From Acidobacteriota bacterium (GTDB taxonomy: Bacteria > Acidobacteriota > Vicinamibacteria > Vicinamibacterales > UBA2999), in contig QHWQ01000010.1 in the NCBI GenBank assembly GCA_003222635.1, forward strand, positions 3,334 to 67,333: DNA of 64,000 bases. The letters run 5' to 3'. A model generated the notes under the pieces. The model was given only the letters and a program-made list of their open reading frames with translations. It was not told where the DNA came from and made no database searches. A program made the position numbers and the translations under genes. Positions 42,830 through 52,048 of the stretch are shown in pieces. The stretch's first letter is position 1. Each line of letters opens with the position of its first letter.

Positions 42830-44056
42830 TTACGCGACGGGAGTCGGCATCATCGCTCTTGCGAGGCGTGCGGCACCCTCGCGGATCCGATCGGGCGCCG
42901 GCCAGGAGAATGACAGGCGGACGCGGCCGTGGCCGCTGCCGTCCACGCAGAATGCGCTGCCGATGACGAACAGGACGCCCTGCTCCATCGCCTTCTCGAG
43001 CAGCGCAATGTCCTCGAACCCGTCAGGCAACTGTGCCCACAGGAAGAAGCCGCCCTTCGGCTTGATCCACGAGAGGCGATCGCCAAACTGATCGCGCAGC
43101 GTCTGCTCCATGACGTCGCGCCGATCGCGATACAACTTGCGCAGCGCCGCCGCCTGACGATCCAGCACGCCGCGCGCGATCGACTGATGGACCACGCGCT
43201 GGTCGAGGATGCCGCACATCAGGTCCATCGACTGCTTCGCGGTATCGAAGCGCTCGACGATCGGCGCCGGCGCCGCGACCCACGCGACGCGGAAGCCTGG
43301 CGCCAGCGTCTTCGAGAACGTGCTCAGGTAGATCACCCGTCCATGGCGATCGTCGGCCTTGAGCGGCCGCGTTTCCGCCGCGGTGGCGACGTCCTCGAAA
43401 TACAGCTCGCCGTACGGATCGTCCTCGACGATCAGCATGTTCCGCCGCTCCGCCCACTCGAGCAGCCGCTGCCGCTTCTCGAGGCTGAGGAGAATTCCCG
43501 CCGGATTCTGGAAATTCGGCACCAGATACAGCAGGTTGACGCGCGACCCCGCTTTCCGCTCGCGCATGCAGGACGCGTCGAGATCCTCGAGATTGATCCC
43601 GTCCGCATCCTGCCTGACGCCAACCAGCCGGCACTGCGCGTTGCGGAACGCCGCGATCGCGCCCGTGTAGGTCGGCACCTCGACGAGCACCACATCGCCC
43701 GGCGCAATCAGCACGCGCGCGGTCAAGTCCAGCCCCTGCTGCGACCCGCTCGTCGTCATGACCTCGGTGAGGTCTGCCTTGATGCCGCGCTTCTCGAGCA
43801 CTCCGAGAATCGATTCGATCAGCGGTCGATAGCCGCGCGTTGGCCCGTACTGCAGCACGGAGCCGTCCTTCCCGGAGAGCAGCTCGCTCGCGATCGCGCG
43901 GAACTCCTCCCATGGAAACCCCGCCGGGTCGGGATAGCCGGCGGCAAACGAGATCAGGTCACCACTGCGTGAGGCGATGACCTGCCCCATCTTCCGCAGC
44001 ACCGACTCATGAAGGCTGCGGCCGAGCGGAGACAGAAACGAGTCGTATGAATTCAT
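42830..44056 (-). CDS. PLP-dependent aminotransferase (class I/II; 2-aminoadipate/aromatic transaminase-like)
   Basis: From ATG 44056 the protein reads MNSYDSFLSPLGRSL.... The motifs YGPTRGY, NPAG and YLSTFSKTLAPGFRVAW (PLP lysine) are present. The track start at 44857 is over-extended. Confidence 0.85.
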   Translation of the reverse strand: MNSYDSFLSPLGRSLHESVLRKMGQVIASRSGDLISFAAGYPDPAGFPWEEFRAIASELLSGKDGSVLQYGPTRGYRPLIESILGVLEKRGIKADLTEVMTTSGSQQGLDLTARVLIAPGDVVLVEVPTYTGAIAAFRNAQCRLVGVRQDADGINLEDLDASCMRERKAGSRVNLLYLVPNFQNPAGILLSLEKRQRLLEWAERRNMLIVEDDPYGELYFEDVATAAETRPLKADDRHGRVIYLSTFSKTLAPGFRVAWVAAPAPIVERFDTAKQSMDLMCGILDQRVVHQSIARGVLDRQAAALRKLYRDRRDVMEQTLRDQFGDRLSWIKPKGGFFLWAQLPDGFEDIALLEKAMEQGVLFVIGSAFCVDGSGHGRVRLSFSWPAPDRIREGAARLARAMMPTPVA

Positions 44057-45051
44057 GCGGATTCGGAAGGCCGCCTGAAGGCGGCCTCGACGTACGTAGG
44101 GGCCGGCTTCAGCCGGCCCTCCCGGTAGAGACGAAGGTACGCGCCAATCGAGGTCAGCCCCAGGAACTGGAACACGATGCCGCGGAAAATCCAGGCGAGC
44201 AGCTGCAGCGGCAGCACCGCGAGACCGATGAACGGGACGAACGCGATCAAACCGAGCGCCGCGGTCGCCAGGAACGAGACGCCGGTCGCGGCGACGACGA
44301 GCGCGAGGATGACGCCGAAGACCAGGCTCACGCCGCGCCGCTGCTGGCGGACGAACGCGCCCATGTGGCGCCACCCCTTGGCGACGCTGCAGTCCTCCGC
44401 CGCGATGACGATTTGCATCAGCAGGTACATGAGGTTGATGATCGTGATCCAGCAGACGAACCCAACGGTCATGACGAACGTCAGCAGCCCGCCGAGATCG
44501 CCGCGGAATCCGGACTCGTATGCCGCCACGAGATACAGTCCGCCCGAGACGAGATAGATCGCCATCAGCATGAAGCCGAGGCGCATGTAGCGCGGAAAGA
44601 GCGCTCGCGCCGAGTCGATGAAGACCTCCGCCGAGAATCGCGATGCGCGCGAGACGACGTCGAAATGGAGGGGCGGCTGCTCGATGACGCCCGCTTCGCG
44701 CTCGCCGCGCACGAGCACCGCGACGGCGCCGGCTTTGATCAGAAACACGAACAGCGAGCCGCCGACGACCACCACCCCGAGCGACAGCAGAAACGCCGTC
44801 AGCACCACCGGATGCGAGAGGAGCGACGTGATGATGGTCCCGGCCATCTCGCGCCATTCGAGATCGAGCAGGTCCTCCGGCGCCGTGCCGATCACCAGGC
44901 CGACGAGGAACAACCCGCCGAGCACCGGGGTGGCAATGAGCAGCTTGAAGATCGAATCAGCGGTCGCCTGAATGAGGGTGACGGGCCAGTTGGCCAGTGC
45001 CACCAGCGCGCCGCGCTTGAGGATCGGTTTGATGAATGGTTCGGTATCCAC
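44053..45051 (-). CDS. polytopic membrane protein, function unknown
   Basis: This 332-aa ORF has about 7 hydrophobic segments and GC3-rich codon use. Its stop overlaps the downstream ATG (ATGA). Confidence 0.7.
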   Translation of the reverse strand: MDTEPFIKPILKRGALVALANWPVTLIQATADSIFKLLIATPVLGGLFLVGLVIGTAPEDLLDLEWREMAGTIITSLLSHPVVLTAFLLSLGVVVVGGSLFVFLIKAGAVAVLVRGEREAGVIEQPPLHFDVVSRASRFSAEVFIDSARALFPRYMRLGFMLMAIYLVSGGLYLVAAYESGFRGDLGGLLTFVMTVGFVCWITIINLMYLLMQIVIAAEDCSVAKGWRHMGAFVRQQRRGVSLVFGVILALVVAATGVSFLATAALGLIAFVPFIGLAVLPLQLLAWIFRGIVFQFLGLTSIGAYLRLYREGRLKPAPTYVEAAFRRPSESA

Positions 45052-45079
45052 TGCCTGACTTCATGTTAAATCATCAATA

Positions 45080-46906
45080 GTGGACTCGCCGCTTCGCCGT
45101 GTGCTCCCGATCGCGCTGACCGGCGCGGTTTGCGTGCTGGCGGTGATCGCCGCGGGGCGCATCGCGGAACGCATCGTGCTCGGCGCGGACGCGGCGGCGG
45201 TGCGGGCGCGGGTGGATCGCGACATCCGCGGCGCATTTGCGGTGATGTCCGCGGGGCTGCAGGCCATCGCGCGCGGCGTGGCGAACGCCGACGCGCTCGT
45301 GGCGGCGACCCGCGGCGACGAGGCGGCCGCCCGCCAGCTGTTCGACGCCGCGCAGCGCGTCGCCGTGGCGCGGACGCCCGACGTCGAGCTCGCGGTGACG
45401 GCCTATGCCCCCGATAGCCGTCCGCTCGCCTGGGCCGGCCGGCCGTCGGAGCTGCCGAAGGACCGCGTCGAAGGCGACGAAGCGTGGTTCATCGCACAAG
45501 GCGCGCTCGGGTTGCGTCTCGTGTATGCCATGCCGGTCACCGACGCGCACGGCATTCGCGTCGGCACCATCGCGGCCGAGCAATCGATTCGCCCTCCGAC
45601 ATCGTCCGGCGCCGTCACGCGCGTCGATCAGTTTCAGTTTCCCGGCGAGCTCGTGCCGGTGTCCCTCGAGCTCGCATTCGAAGACATTCGCACCACTCCC
45701 GATCCGGATCGCATCGACATCACCGGCCCGACGGGCCGGCATCTGGTCACCGCGGTCATCACGCCGTCGGATCTCGCGCAGGCACGCGCGCACTGGCGTC
45801 AGATGACGCTGTCGATCGCGGAGATGACCGGCGCGGTCTTCGTCCTGCTGCTCTGCGGCCCGCTGCTCGATCTGCGAGACACCGCCCGTCGCGCGCCGCC
45901 GTATGCGCTGGCGACGCTCGCCGCCGGCGCCGCGATTGGCGGCGGACGACTGCTCTTCCGCACCGCGTCGCCCGCCGACTGGTGGGATGCGCAGATCTTT
46001 TCCGGCCAGGCGTATGCCTCCCCGGAGCTGCGGCCGCTGCTCGCCTCGCCATTCGATTTCCTTGCGACCGCGGCGGCGGCCGCGGGCCTCGTGGCGCTCG
46101 CCTTCTTCGCCTTCGAGGCATGGCGTGTCTATCGCCGTCATGCGCGCATCACGATCGACTCGCCTGCCGCGCTGATCGCCTTCTTCGCGGCGCAATTGGT
46201 GTCGGGCGTCGTCGCCGTGGTGATGCTCGCGGCGCAACACGCATTGCTGGCGGATACGGTTGCCAACACCACGCTCGATCTCCTCCATTTCTCCCTTCAC
46301 CCCTGGAACACCGCTCTCACGGCACTGCAGGTTGGTATCGTCATCTGGGATGCCACCGCGCTCGCGTTGATCGTGCTGATCTTCAGGGCGGCGTATCTGC
46401 CGTGGTGGATCGTTCGCAACCCGGTTGAAAGGACGCTATCGCCAGGGATCGCAGGCCTTCCGCCTCACGCTGTTGTCGATTGGGCTGATCCTGCCCGCGC
46501 TCGCGTTCTACGCCGACATCTTCGAGCTCGCGCACCGTGCGAAGACGCAGCTGGTCGAGACGCGCTACGGTCCGCAGGCGCTCAATCAGCGGCAGACGAT
46601 TCAGACGCTGATGCAGCAGAGCCTGCGGCAGATCGACGGCTTTCCGGGACTGGCGGATCTCGTCTCGGTGCCGCCGGGACCGGAGGGCTCCGAAGCGGTC
46701 ACCGATCGCGCGTTCCAGGTGTGGCGGATCACGGGTCTCGCGATGTTCCCGATCACGTCGTCGGTGGAGCTCTTCGGCCCCGATGGACATCTGGTCAGCC
46801 GCTTCGCGTTCAATCTCCCCGACGACCTGAACGCGGTGCCGACCTCGGAGGAGCAGGTCTGCGTATGGGATGTCTTCGAGGAGGTCTCTCCTTTCTTCGC
46901 GGTTGA
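45080..46906 (+). CDS. N-terminal periplasmic/multi-TM module of a very large sensor kinase; frame is lost near 46420
   Basis: The sequence is protein-like up to ...LIVLIFRAAYLPWWIVRN at about 46415. After that it turns into an Arg/Ala-rich nonsense tail running to the stop at 46906, while the next ORF opens in another frame at the same point. Confidence 0.65.
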   Translation: MDSPLRRVLPIALTGAVCVLAVIAAGRIAERIVLGADAAAVRARVDRDIRGAFAVMSAGLQAIARGVANADALVAATRGDEAAARQLFDAAQRVAVARTPDVELAVTAYAPDSRPLAWAGRPSELPKDRVEGDEAWFIAQGALGLRLVYAMPVTDAHGIRVGTIAAEQSIRPPTSSGAVTRVDQFQFPGELVPVSLELAFEDIRTTPDPDRIDITGPTGRHLVTAVITPSDLAQARAHWRQMTLSIAEMTGAVFVLLLCGPLLDLRDTARRAPPYALATLAAGAAIGGGRLLFRTASPADWWDAQIFSGQAYASPELRPLLASPFDFLATAAAAAGLVALAFFAFEAWRVYRRHARITIDSPAALIAFFAAQLVSGVVAVVMLAAQHALLADTVANTTLDLLHFSLHPWNTALTALQVGIVIWDATALALIVLIFRAAYLPWWIVRNPVERTLSPGIAGLPPHAVVDWADPARARVLRRHLRARAPCEDAAGRDALRSAGAQSAADDSDADAAEPAADRRLSGTGGSRLGAAGTGGLRSGHRSRVPGVADHGSRDVPDHVVGGALRPRWTSGQPLRVQSPRRPERGADLGGAGLRMGCLRGGLSFLRG

Positions 46907-48929
46907 ACGGCGCATTCTCAGCGCGAGCCGAGCGGTCTGCGTCAACGATCCGAGCGGCGCCTCTCACGTCGTCGGCTCAATCGTCGTGCACGCGCTGCTC
47001 GACTACGCCAACCTGCCATTCATCGCGTCGAAGAGTCCGTATGTAGAGCTGCTGCGTCCGGCGGAGCCGACGCGCGAGGAAGGCGTCTCCGGCGGCGACA
47101 TCGAGTTCGCCGTCTATGGGTGGAGTCAGACGCCGCTCTATTCGTCGGCTGAACGCGCGTGGCGCATGGACCAGGCGGCCTTCGAGCGTCTGGTGTCATC
47201 CCGTATGGCGATCTGGGCGCGGCTCGAGCGCGACGATCAGCCGTACGACGTCTACCTGCTCAGCGATCGCGGCGGCATCTACGCGCTCGGCTTCCCTGTC
47301 GTGACGCTGCTCGGCCACATGATGAACCTGGCGGAGCTGACCGTCATCTGCGCGCTCACGTTCCTCGCGCTGGTTGTGCTCGCCGCGATTTTCAGCACCG
47401 TGGCGCGGCGCGCCACCAGCGCGCGTGCGCTGCTGCGCGAGGTGCGCGCCAGCTTCTACCGCAAGCTCTTTCTCGCCTTCGTCGCCGCCACGGCCGTTCC
47501 CGTCGTCGCGCTCGCCGTTGTCACCAGCAACTACGTCGCCGATCAGATGCGCGGCAACGTCGAACAGGAAGCGGTCCGCACCGCCTCAGCGGCGCAAAGG
47601 GTGGTCGAGGATCTGGTGGCGCCGCGCGCCGCGCAGCAGGGCGTCCGCATCGACGACAACCTGATGGTCTGGGTCAGCCGGCTGATCGATCAGGACGTCA
47701 ACATCTTCAGCGGACCTCGCCTGCTCGCGACGAGCGAGCGGAATCTCTTCGCCTCGGGCGTGCTTCCCGTGCGCACGCCCGCGGACGTCTACGTCGCGCT
47801 GGCGCTTCGCAACGAGGCGGCGACCGTGGCCAGCGAGCAGATTGGCGGCGCGCAGCCGTTCCTCGTGGCCGGCACGCGCATGACCGCGCGGCAGATTGAC
47901 GCGCTGCTCACCGTGCCGCTGGCGTCACGCGCGCAGGAGATCGAAGGCCAGATCGATACGCTCGATCGCCGCGTGCTGCTGGCGGCGCTCCTCTTCATCT
48001 TCGCGGGCGCCGGCATCGGCTACTCGATGGCCGAGCGCATTGCCGATCCCGTGAATCGCCTGACGCGCGCCACGCGCCGCATCGCCGGCGGCGAGTTCAA
48101 CGCGCGCATCGCGGCGACTTCGTCGGACGAACTGGGCAGACTGGTCGAGGATTTCAATCGGATGGCGCGCGACCTCGAACACCAGCGCACGGAGCTCGAG
48201 CGCACGAACCGTCTCGAGGCGTGGGCCGAGATGGCGCGCCAGGTGGCGCACGAGATCAAGAACCCGCTGACGCCCATTCAACTCAACGCCGAGCATCTGC
48301 GGCGCGTGAACACCGATCGCGGCGAGCCGCTCAGTCCCGTGCTCGATCAGTCGGTCAACGCCATCCTTCAGCAGGTCAAGCTGCTGCGGCAGATCGCGTC
48401 GGAGTTCTCGAGCTTTGCCTCGTCGCCCACGGTGCAGCGTGCGTCTGTCGATCCCGCGGCGATGCTGCATGAGATCATCGACCCGTATCGAAGCGCGCTT
48501 GCCGGCCGGATCGACTTCACCGCGGATGTCCCGTCCGCCCTGCCGCCCGTCTACATCGATCGAACGCTGATCACGCGGGCGCTGACCAACATCATCGAGA
48601 ACGCGCTGCATGCCATGGGCTCCAGCGGGGCGCTCACCATCGTCGCGACGCGTGATGACGAGGTCGTGCGGATTGCGGTGTCGGATACCGGCGCGGGAAT
48701 GGATGCGGACGCACTCGCCCGCGCCTTCGAGCCGTACTTCTCGACGAAGGCGAGCGGCACGGGCCTCGGGCTGCCGATTGCGAAGCGCAATGTCGAGTTG
48801 AATGGCGGAGCGCTTACCGTGGCGAGCGAGCTAGGTCGTGGAACGACCGTGGAAATCGCACTTCCGCTGGCCGAGACCGCGGAGCCTGTTGAAACCACGA
48901 AGAACCCGAAGGACACGAAGATAGTCTAG
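46425..48929 (+). CDS. sensor histidine kinase (HAMP-HisKA-HATPase), probably the continuation of 45080
   Basis: TM segments are followed by HAMP (PVNRLTRATRRIAGGEFNARIA...LVEDFNRMARDL), the H-box VAHEIKNPLTPI, the N-box NIIENALHAM, G1 DTGAGM and G2 GTGLGLPIAKR. The start is TTG 46425, with no convincing RBS. Confidence 0.85.
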   Translation: MKGRYRQGSQAFRLTLLSIGLILPALAFYADIFELAHRAKTQLVETRYGPQALNQRQTIQTLMQQSLRQIDGFPGLADLVSVPPGPEGSEAVTDRAFQVWRITGLAMFPITSSVELFGPDGHLVSRFAFNLPDDLNAVPTSEEQVCVWDVFEEVSPFFAVERRILSASRAVCVNDPSGASHVVGSIVVHALLDYANLPFIASKSPYVELLRPAEPTREEGVSGGDIEFAVYGWSQTPLYSSAERAWRMDQAAFERLVSSRMAIWARLERDDQPYDVYLLSDRGGIYALGFPVVTLLGHMMNLAELTVICALTFLALVVLAAIFSTVARRATSARALLREVRASFYRKLFLAFVAATAVPVVALAVVTSNYVADQMRGNVEQEAVRTASAAQRVVEDLVAPRAAQQGVRIDDNLMVWVSRLIDQDVNIFSGPRLLATSERNLFASGVLPVRTPADVYVALALRNEAATVASEQIGGAQPFLVAGTRMTARQIDALLTVPLASRAQEIEGQIDTLDRRVLLAALLFIFAGAGIGYSMAERIADPVNRLTRATRRIAGGEFNARIAATSSDELGRLVEDFNRMARDLEHQRTELERTNRLEAWAEMARQVAHEIKNPLTPIQLNAEHLRRVNTDRGEPLSPVLDQSVNAILQQVKLLRQIASEFSSFASSPTVQRASVDPAAMLHEIIDPYRSALAGRIDFTADVPSALPPVYIDRTLITRALTNIIENALHAMGSSGALTIVATRDDEVVRIAVSDTGAGMDADALARAFEPYFSTKASGTGLGLPIAKRNVELNGGALTVASELGRGTTVEIALPLAETAEPVETTKNPKDTKIV

Positions 48930-48968
48930 AACGTCAGACCTTCGTGTTCGTCGCGACCTTCGTGGTTG
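48893..48968. repeat. CACGAAG-unit long hairpin between convergent genes
   Basis: AACCACGAAGAACCCGAAGGACACGAAG ...loop... CTTCGTGTTCGTCGCGACCTTCGTGGTT. Both convergent stops (48927-48929 and 48934-48936) lie in the loop, and both protein tails (..TKNPKDTKIV and ..TKVATNTKV) are encoded by the arms. Confidence 0.75.
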
Positions 48969-49764
48969 AAATATTTTCGAGCTCTTGTCCGTGCCGATGC
49001 AGGCGTGACCACGCCCACATCACCGGACCCGAGATCATGTAGGCATACGCGATCACGACGAGCATGATCTCGTGCGCGGACAGCAGCGCCAGGCCAAGCG
49101 CGAGGAGCGCGAGCACGGGATACGCGCGGCGCGACTGCAGGTCGACCGTCTTGAAGCTGTAGAAGCGGATCGTGCTGACCATCAGCAGGCCCGGCACGAT
49201 CACGAGCGCCAGCACCGCAACGGCCTCGAGCGGGGAGCGAAATCCCTGCGGATACAGAAAGATCGTCGTCGCCGGCACCGCCGCCGCGGCCGGACTCGGC
49301 AGACCGACGAACCACTTCTTGTCGACGCTGCCCGTCTGAATGTTGAAGCGGGCCAGTCGAATCGCGGCGCCCGCGACGAAGACAAACCCCGCCGCCCATC
49401 CGAGCCGCCCGAGCGGCTGCAGGCCCCACTGGAACGCCATGATCGCGGGAGCAACGCCGAAGGAGATGACGTCGGCGAGCGAATCGAACTCGATGCCGAA
49501 CTGGCTGGTCGTGCCCGTCATGCGCGCGACGCGGCCGTCGAGCATGTCGACGATGATGGCGAGGCCGATGAGCGGCGCGGCCTTCTCCAGCTCGCCGCGC
49601 ATTGCGTAGACGATGCAGGCGTAGCCGCTGAACATGTTGGCGAGCGTCAACATGCTCGGCAGAAGGTAGACGCCGCGGCGGAAGCGGCGCGCCGCCTTGT
49701 CGCTGGAGCGCCGCGGCGGCGTGAACACGCGAATTCTCGGCGGTGTTCGTTCCTCGTCAGTCAT
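48934..49764 (-). CDS. pssA: CDP-diacylglycerol-serine O-phosphatidyltransferase
   Basis: CDP-alcohol phosphatidyltransferase motif DMLDGRVARMTGTTSQFGIEFDSLAD, in a multi-TM protein of 276 aa. Confidence 0.9.
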   Translation of the reverse strand: MTDEERTPPRIRVFTPPRRSSDKAARRFRRGVYLLPSMLTLANMFSGYACIVYAMRGELEKAAPLIGLAIIVDMLDGRVARMTGTTSQFGIEFDSLADVISFGVAPAIMAFQWGLQPLGRLGWAAGFVFVAGAAIRLARFNIQTGSVDKKWFVGLPSPAAAAVPATTIFLYPQGFRSPLEAVAVLALVIVPGLLMVSTIRFYSFKTVDLQSRRAYPVLALLALGLALLSAHEIMLVVIAYAYMISGPVMWAWSRLHRHGQELENISTTKVATNTKV

Positions 49765-50414
49765 CCGGTGTAAGGCGGGGCTGTCCGCCCCGCCAACCTC
49801 GCAATAACCGTTACGCCTCCGACGACCTTGTCGTTGACCTTCACCGCAACCTGCGCGGTCGCGGGGATGAAGATGTCCATCCGCGAGCCGAACTTCATCA
49901 CGCCGAACCGATCGCCCGCGTGGACCTCATCGCCTTGCTTGATGCGGCAGACGATACGCCGCGCGAGCACGCCGACAATCTGCCGCATCACGATCGGCTG
50001 ACCGTGATGATCGATCGTGACCTCGGTGAATTCGTTCAGGTCCCCCGCTTCGTGCCGGTAAGCCGGCAGGAAACGGCCGGGATGATACTCCACCTTGGTC
50101 ACTCGCCCACCAACCGGCAAACGGTTGACGTGGACGTCCATCGGCGACAGAAAGATGCTGATTTGCTGCCAGTCGCCCGGCGGGCACGCTTGCCCCGCGG
50201 GTGCGCCGGCGATCATCACGCGGCCGTCAGCCGGCGACAGGACCGCATCCGTATCCTTCGTTATCGGCCGGTCGGGATCGCGGAAGAAGAACAGGAAAAA
50301 GCAGGCAAGGACGACGAAGATCGCCGCGCCGCCGGCGCCGATGAACCAGAGCGCAGCGATAGCGAGAATCAGCGAGCCGCCGATGAACGGCCAGCCCGCC
50401 GGATCGATCCGCAT
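49761..50414 (-). CDS. psd: phosphatidylserine decarboxylase family protein (short, archaetidylserine-type)
   Basis: This 217-aa ORF has N-terminal TM segments and the self-cleavage context MKFGSRMD. It is coupled to pssA (ATGA). Confidence 0.88.
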   Translation of the reverse strand: MRIDPAGWPFIGGSLILAIAALWFIGAGGAAIFVVLACFFLFFFRDPDRPITKDTDAVLSPADGRVMIAGAPAGQACPPGDWQQISIFLSPMDVHVNRLPVGGRVTKVEYHPGRFLPAYRHEAGDLNEFTEVTIDHHGQPIVMRQIVGVLARRIVCRIKQGDEVHAGDRFGVMKFGSRMDIFIPATAQVAVKVNDKVVGGVTVIARLAGRTAPPYTG

Positions 50415-50448
50415 CTCTGTAGTGTAGGCCGGGACCCGTGTGCGCTTG

Positions 50449-50691
50449 TTACGAAGCGCGGCTGTGCTGGCGCGCGTACTCGCGCAGGATCGATTCCATC
50501 TGATCCTTGAGCGCCAGTTTCTTTTTCTTGAGGTTGGTTTCTTCGACTTGTTCGGTGACTGAGAGGTAGTGTTTCTCGATGAGCTGATGGAGGCGATCGT
50601 CCAACTGGTGGTGCTGCTCGGCTAGCGTTCGGAACTGTGGGTCGCTGGCCAGCAGGTGGTTCTTCACTTCCTGGGCTTCTGCTGCGCTCAT
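50449..50691 (-). CDS. DUF465 (YdcH-like) small coiled-coil protein
   Basis: This 80-aa ORF shows ...DPQFRTLAEQHHQLDDRLHQL...LKKKKLALKDQM. AAGGAGGG lies 8 nt upstream of the start. Confidence 0.8.
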   Translation of the reverse strand: MSAAEAQEVKNHLLASDPQFRTLAEQHHQLDDRLHQLIEKHYLSVTEQVEETNLKKKKLALKDQMESILREYARQHSRAS

Positions 50692-50796
50692 ACGCCGCCC
50701 TCCTTATATCGAAAGGTCGGTTAATCGGTCGCTACGCGAACGTTACCATACGTTCACAAAGCGGAGACGAGAAATTCACCTCTGCCGCGAAAAAAG

Positions 50797-51267
50797 TCAG
50801 CCAACCTGATCATCGCGCCACAGGATCAACGCGTCTTCAACGGGGTTCGTGTAGTAGTTGCGTCGCGTTCCTGCAACGTAGAAGCCAAGCCGTTCGTACA
50901 AACGGCGCGCGCCCGTGTTGCCCGTCCGCACTTCGAGCGTCGCGCGCTTTGCGCCAAGTCGCTTTGCCTCCGCGAGCACGTGATCCATCAACGCCGTACC
51001 GTACCCGCGGCCGCGGTACTGCGGCCGCAACGCGATGTTGTTGATGTGGATCTCGTCGAACACGAGCCAGAAGGCGCAGAAGCCGGCGACGGAACACTCC
51101 GGCGTGCGGACGATGTAGATGTGGCAGACGGCGCGGTTCTGCAGTTCCCAGTTGTACATCTCGCGCGTCCAGGGACTGGTGAACGACTCGCGCTCGACTT
51201 CGAGGACGCCCTCGAGATCCTGCTCTCCTTCAAGGAGGTCGATGCGGAAAGCTGGAACGACGTTCAT
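50797..51267 (-). CDS. rimI: ribosomal-protein-alanine N-acetyltransferase
   Basis: GNAT fold with NIALRPQYRGRGYGTALM. The gene overlaps tsaB, the usual rimI-tsaB pairing. Confidence 0.85.
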   Translation of the reverse strand: MNVVPAFRIDLLEGEQDLEGVLEVERESFTSPWTREMYNWELQNRAVCHIYIVRTPECSVAGFCAFWLVFDEIHINNIALRPQYRGRGYGTALMDHVLAEAKRLGAKRATLEVRTGNTGARRLYERLGFYVAGTRRNYYTNPVEDALILWRDDQVG

Positions 51268-51965
51268 GCTCGCGCTCTCGCTGATTCTGCATCTGACCGT
51301 CGCACATAGATTGGACGAATCGCGTGCGGCGCCGGACGGTTCCCGTTCTTGTACTCGATCGTGGCGAGCATGGCGATCACCGCCGCCAGCAGCGGCGCCG
51401 ATGGATCCGCAATCCGCGCCGCATGGCCGAGGCGCGACACTATGAGATCTCTATATGTCTCCGCCCCATCCCCTATGAACAGGACATCGTTGGTGTAGGG
51501 CGCGGGTTTACCCCGCGCCAAATCGTCCAGTAACTCTGCCGGCTTGGCGACCACCGGATCCGCGGCCAGCCGGCCATCTTCGAAGAGCGTCGCGTACACG
51601 TCGCCGCGCCACGCATCCACCCACGCGGCGATGCGCGAGCCGAGAAAGGCGGGCGACGCGACCGCGCGCAGCGCCGCGAAGCCCGAGGTGCCGATCAGCG
51701 GTTTCCCCGTTCCGAACGCCAGCCCCTGCATCGTTGCGATGCCGATGCGCAGGCCCGTGAACGATCCAGGTCCCGTCGCCACCGCGAACGCATCGACGTC
51801 GGAGAGACCGACGCCGGAGAGATCCAGGATGTCGCGCAGCGCGCCCGGAAGCTGCAGCGCGAGCTGCCGCGAAGTGTCGATCGCCTCCTCGTTGATGACG
51901 ACGCCATCGCGCGCCACCGCGCAGCTCGCCTTCGGCGTCGTCGTATCGAGAGAGAGGAGAAGCAC
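51264..51965 (-). CDS. tsaB: tRNA t6A37 biosynthesis protein TsaB
   Basis: The protein reads LLLSLDTTT...FAVATGPGSFTGLRIGIATMQGLA and is 233 aa long, starting at a GTG. Confidence 0.88.
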   Translation of the reverse strand: MLLLSLDTTTPKASCAVARDGVVINEEAIDTSRQLALQLPGALRDILDLSGVGLSDVDAFAVATGPGSFTGLRIGIATMQGLAFGTGKPLIGTSGFAALRAVASPAFLGSRIAAWVDAWRGDVYATLFEDGRLAADPVVAKPAELLDDLARGKPAPYTNDVLFIGDGAETYRDLIVSRLGHAARIADPSAPLLAAVIAMLATIEYKNGNRPAPHAIRPIYVRRSDAESARARA

Positions 51966-51978
51966 ACGAAGAATTTAA

Positions 51979-52042
51979 ACCACGAAGGTCGCGAAAAACA
52001 CGAAGTTCAAGAAATCTTCGCGTTTTTCGTGTCCTTCGTGGT
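51979..52042. repeat. CACGAAG-unit long hairpin (second copy of the 48893 family)
   Basis: AACCACGAAGGTCGCGAAAAACACGAAG ttcaagaaat CTTCGCGTTTTTCGTGTCCTTCGTGGT. It lies between the tsaB start and the stop of the 736-aa gene. Confidence 0.75.
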
Positions 52043-52048
52043 GAGACA

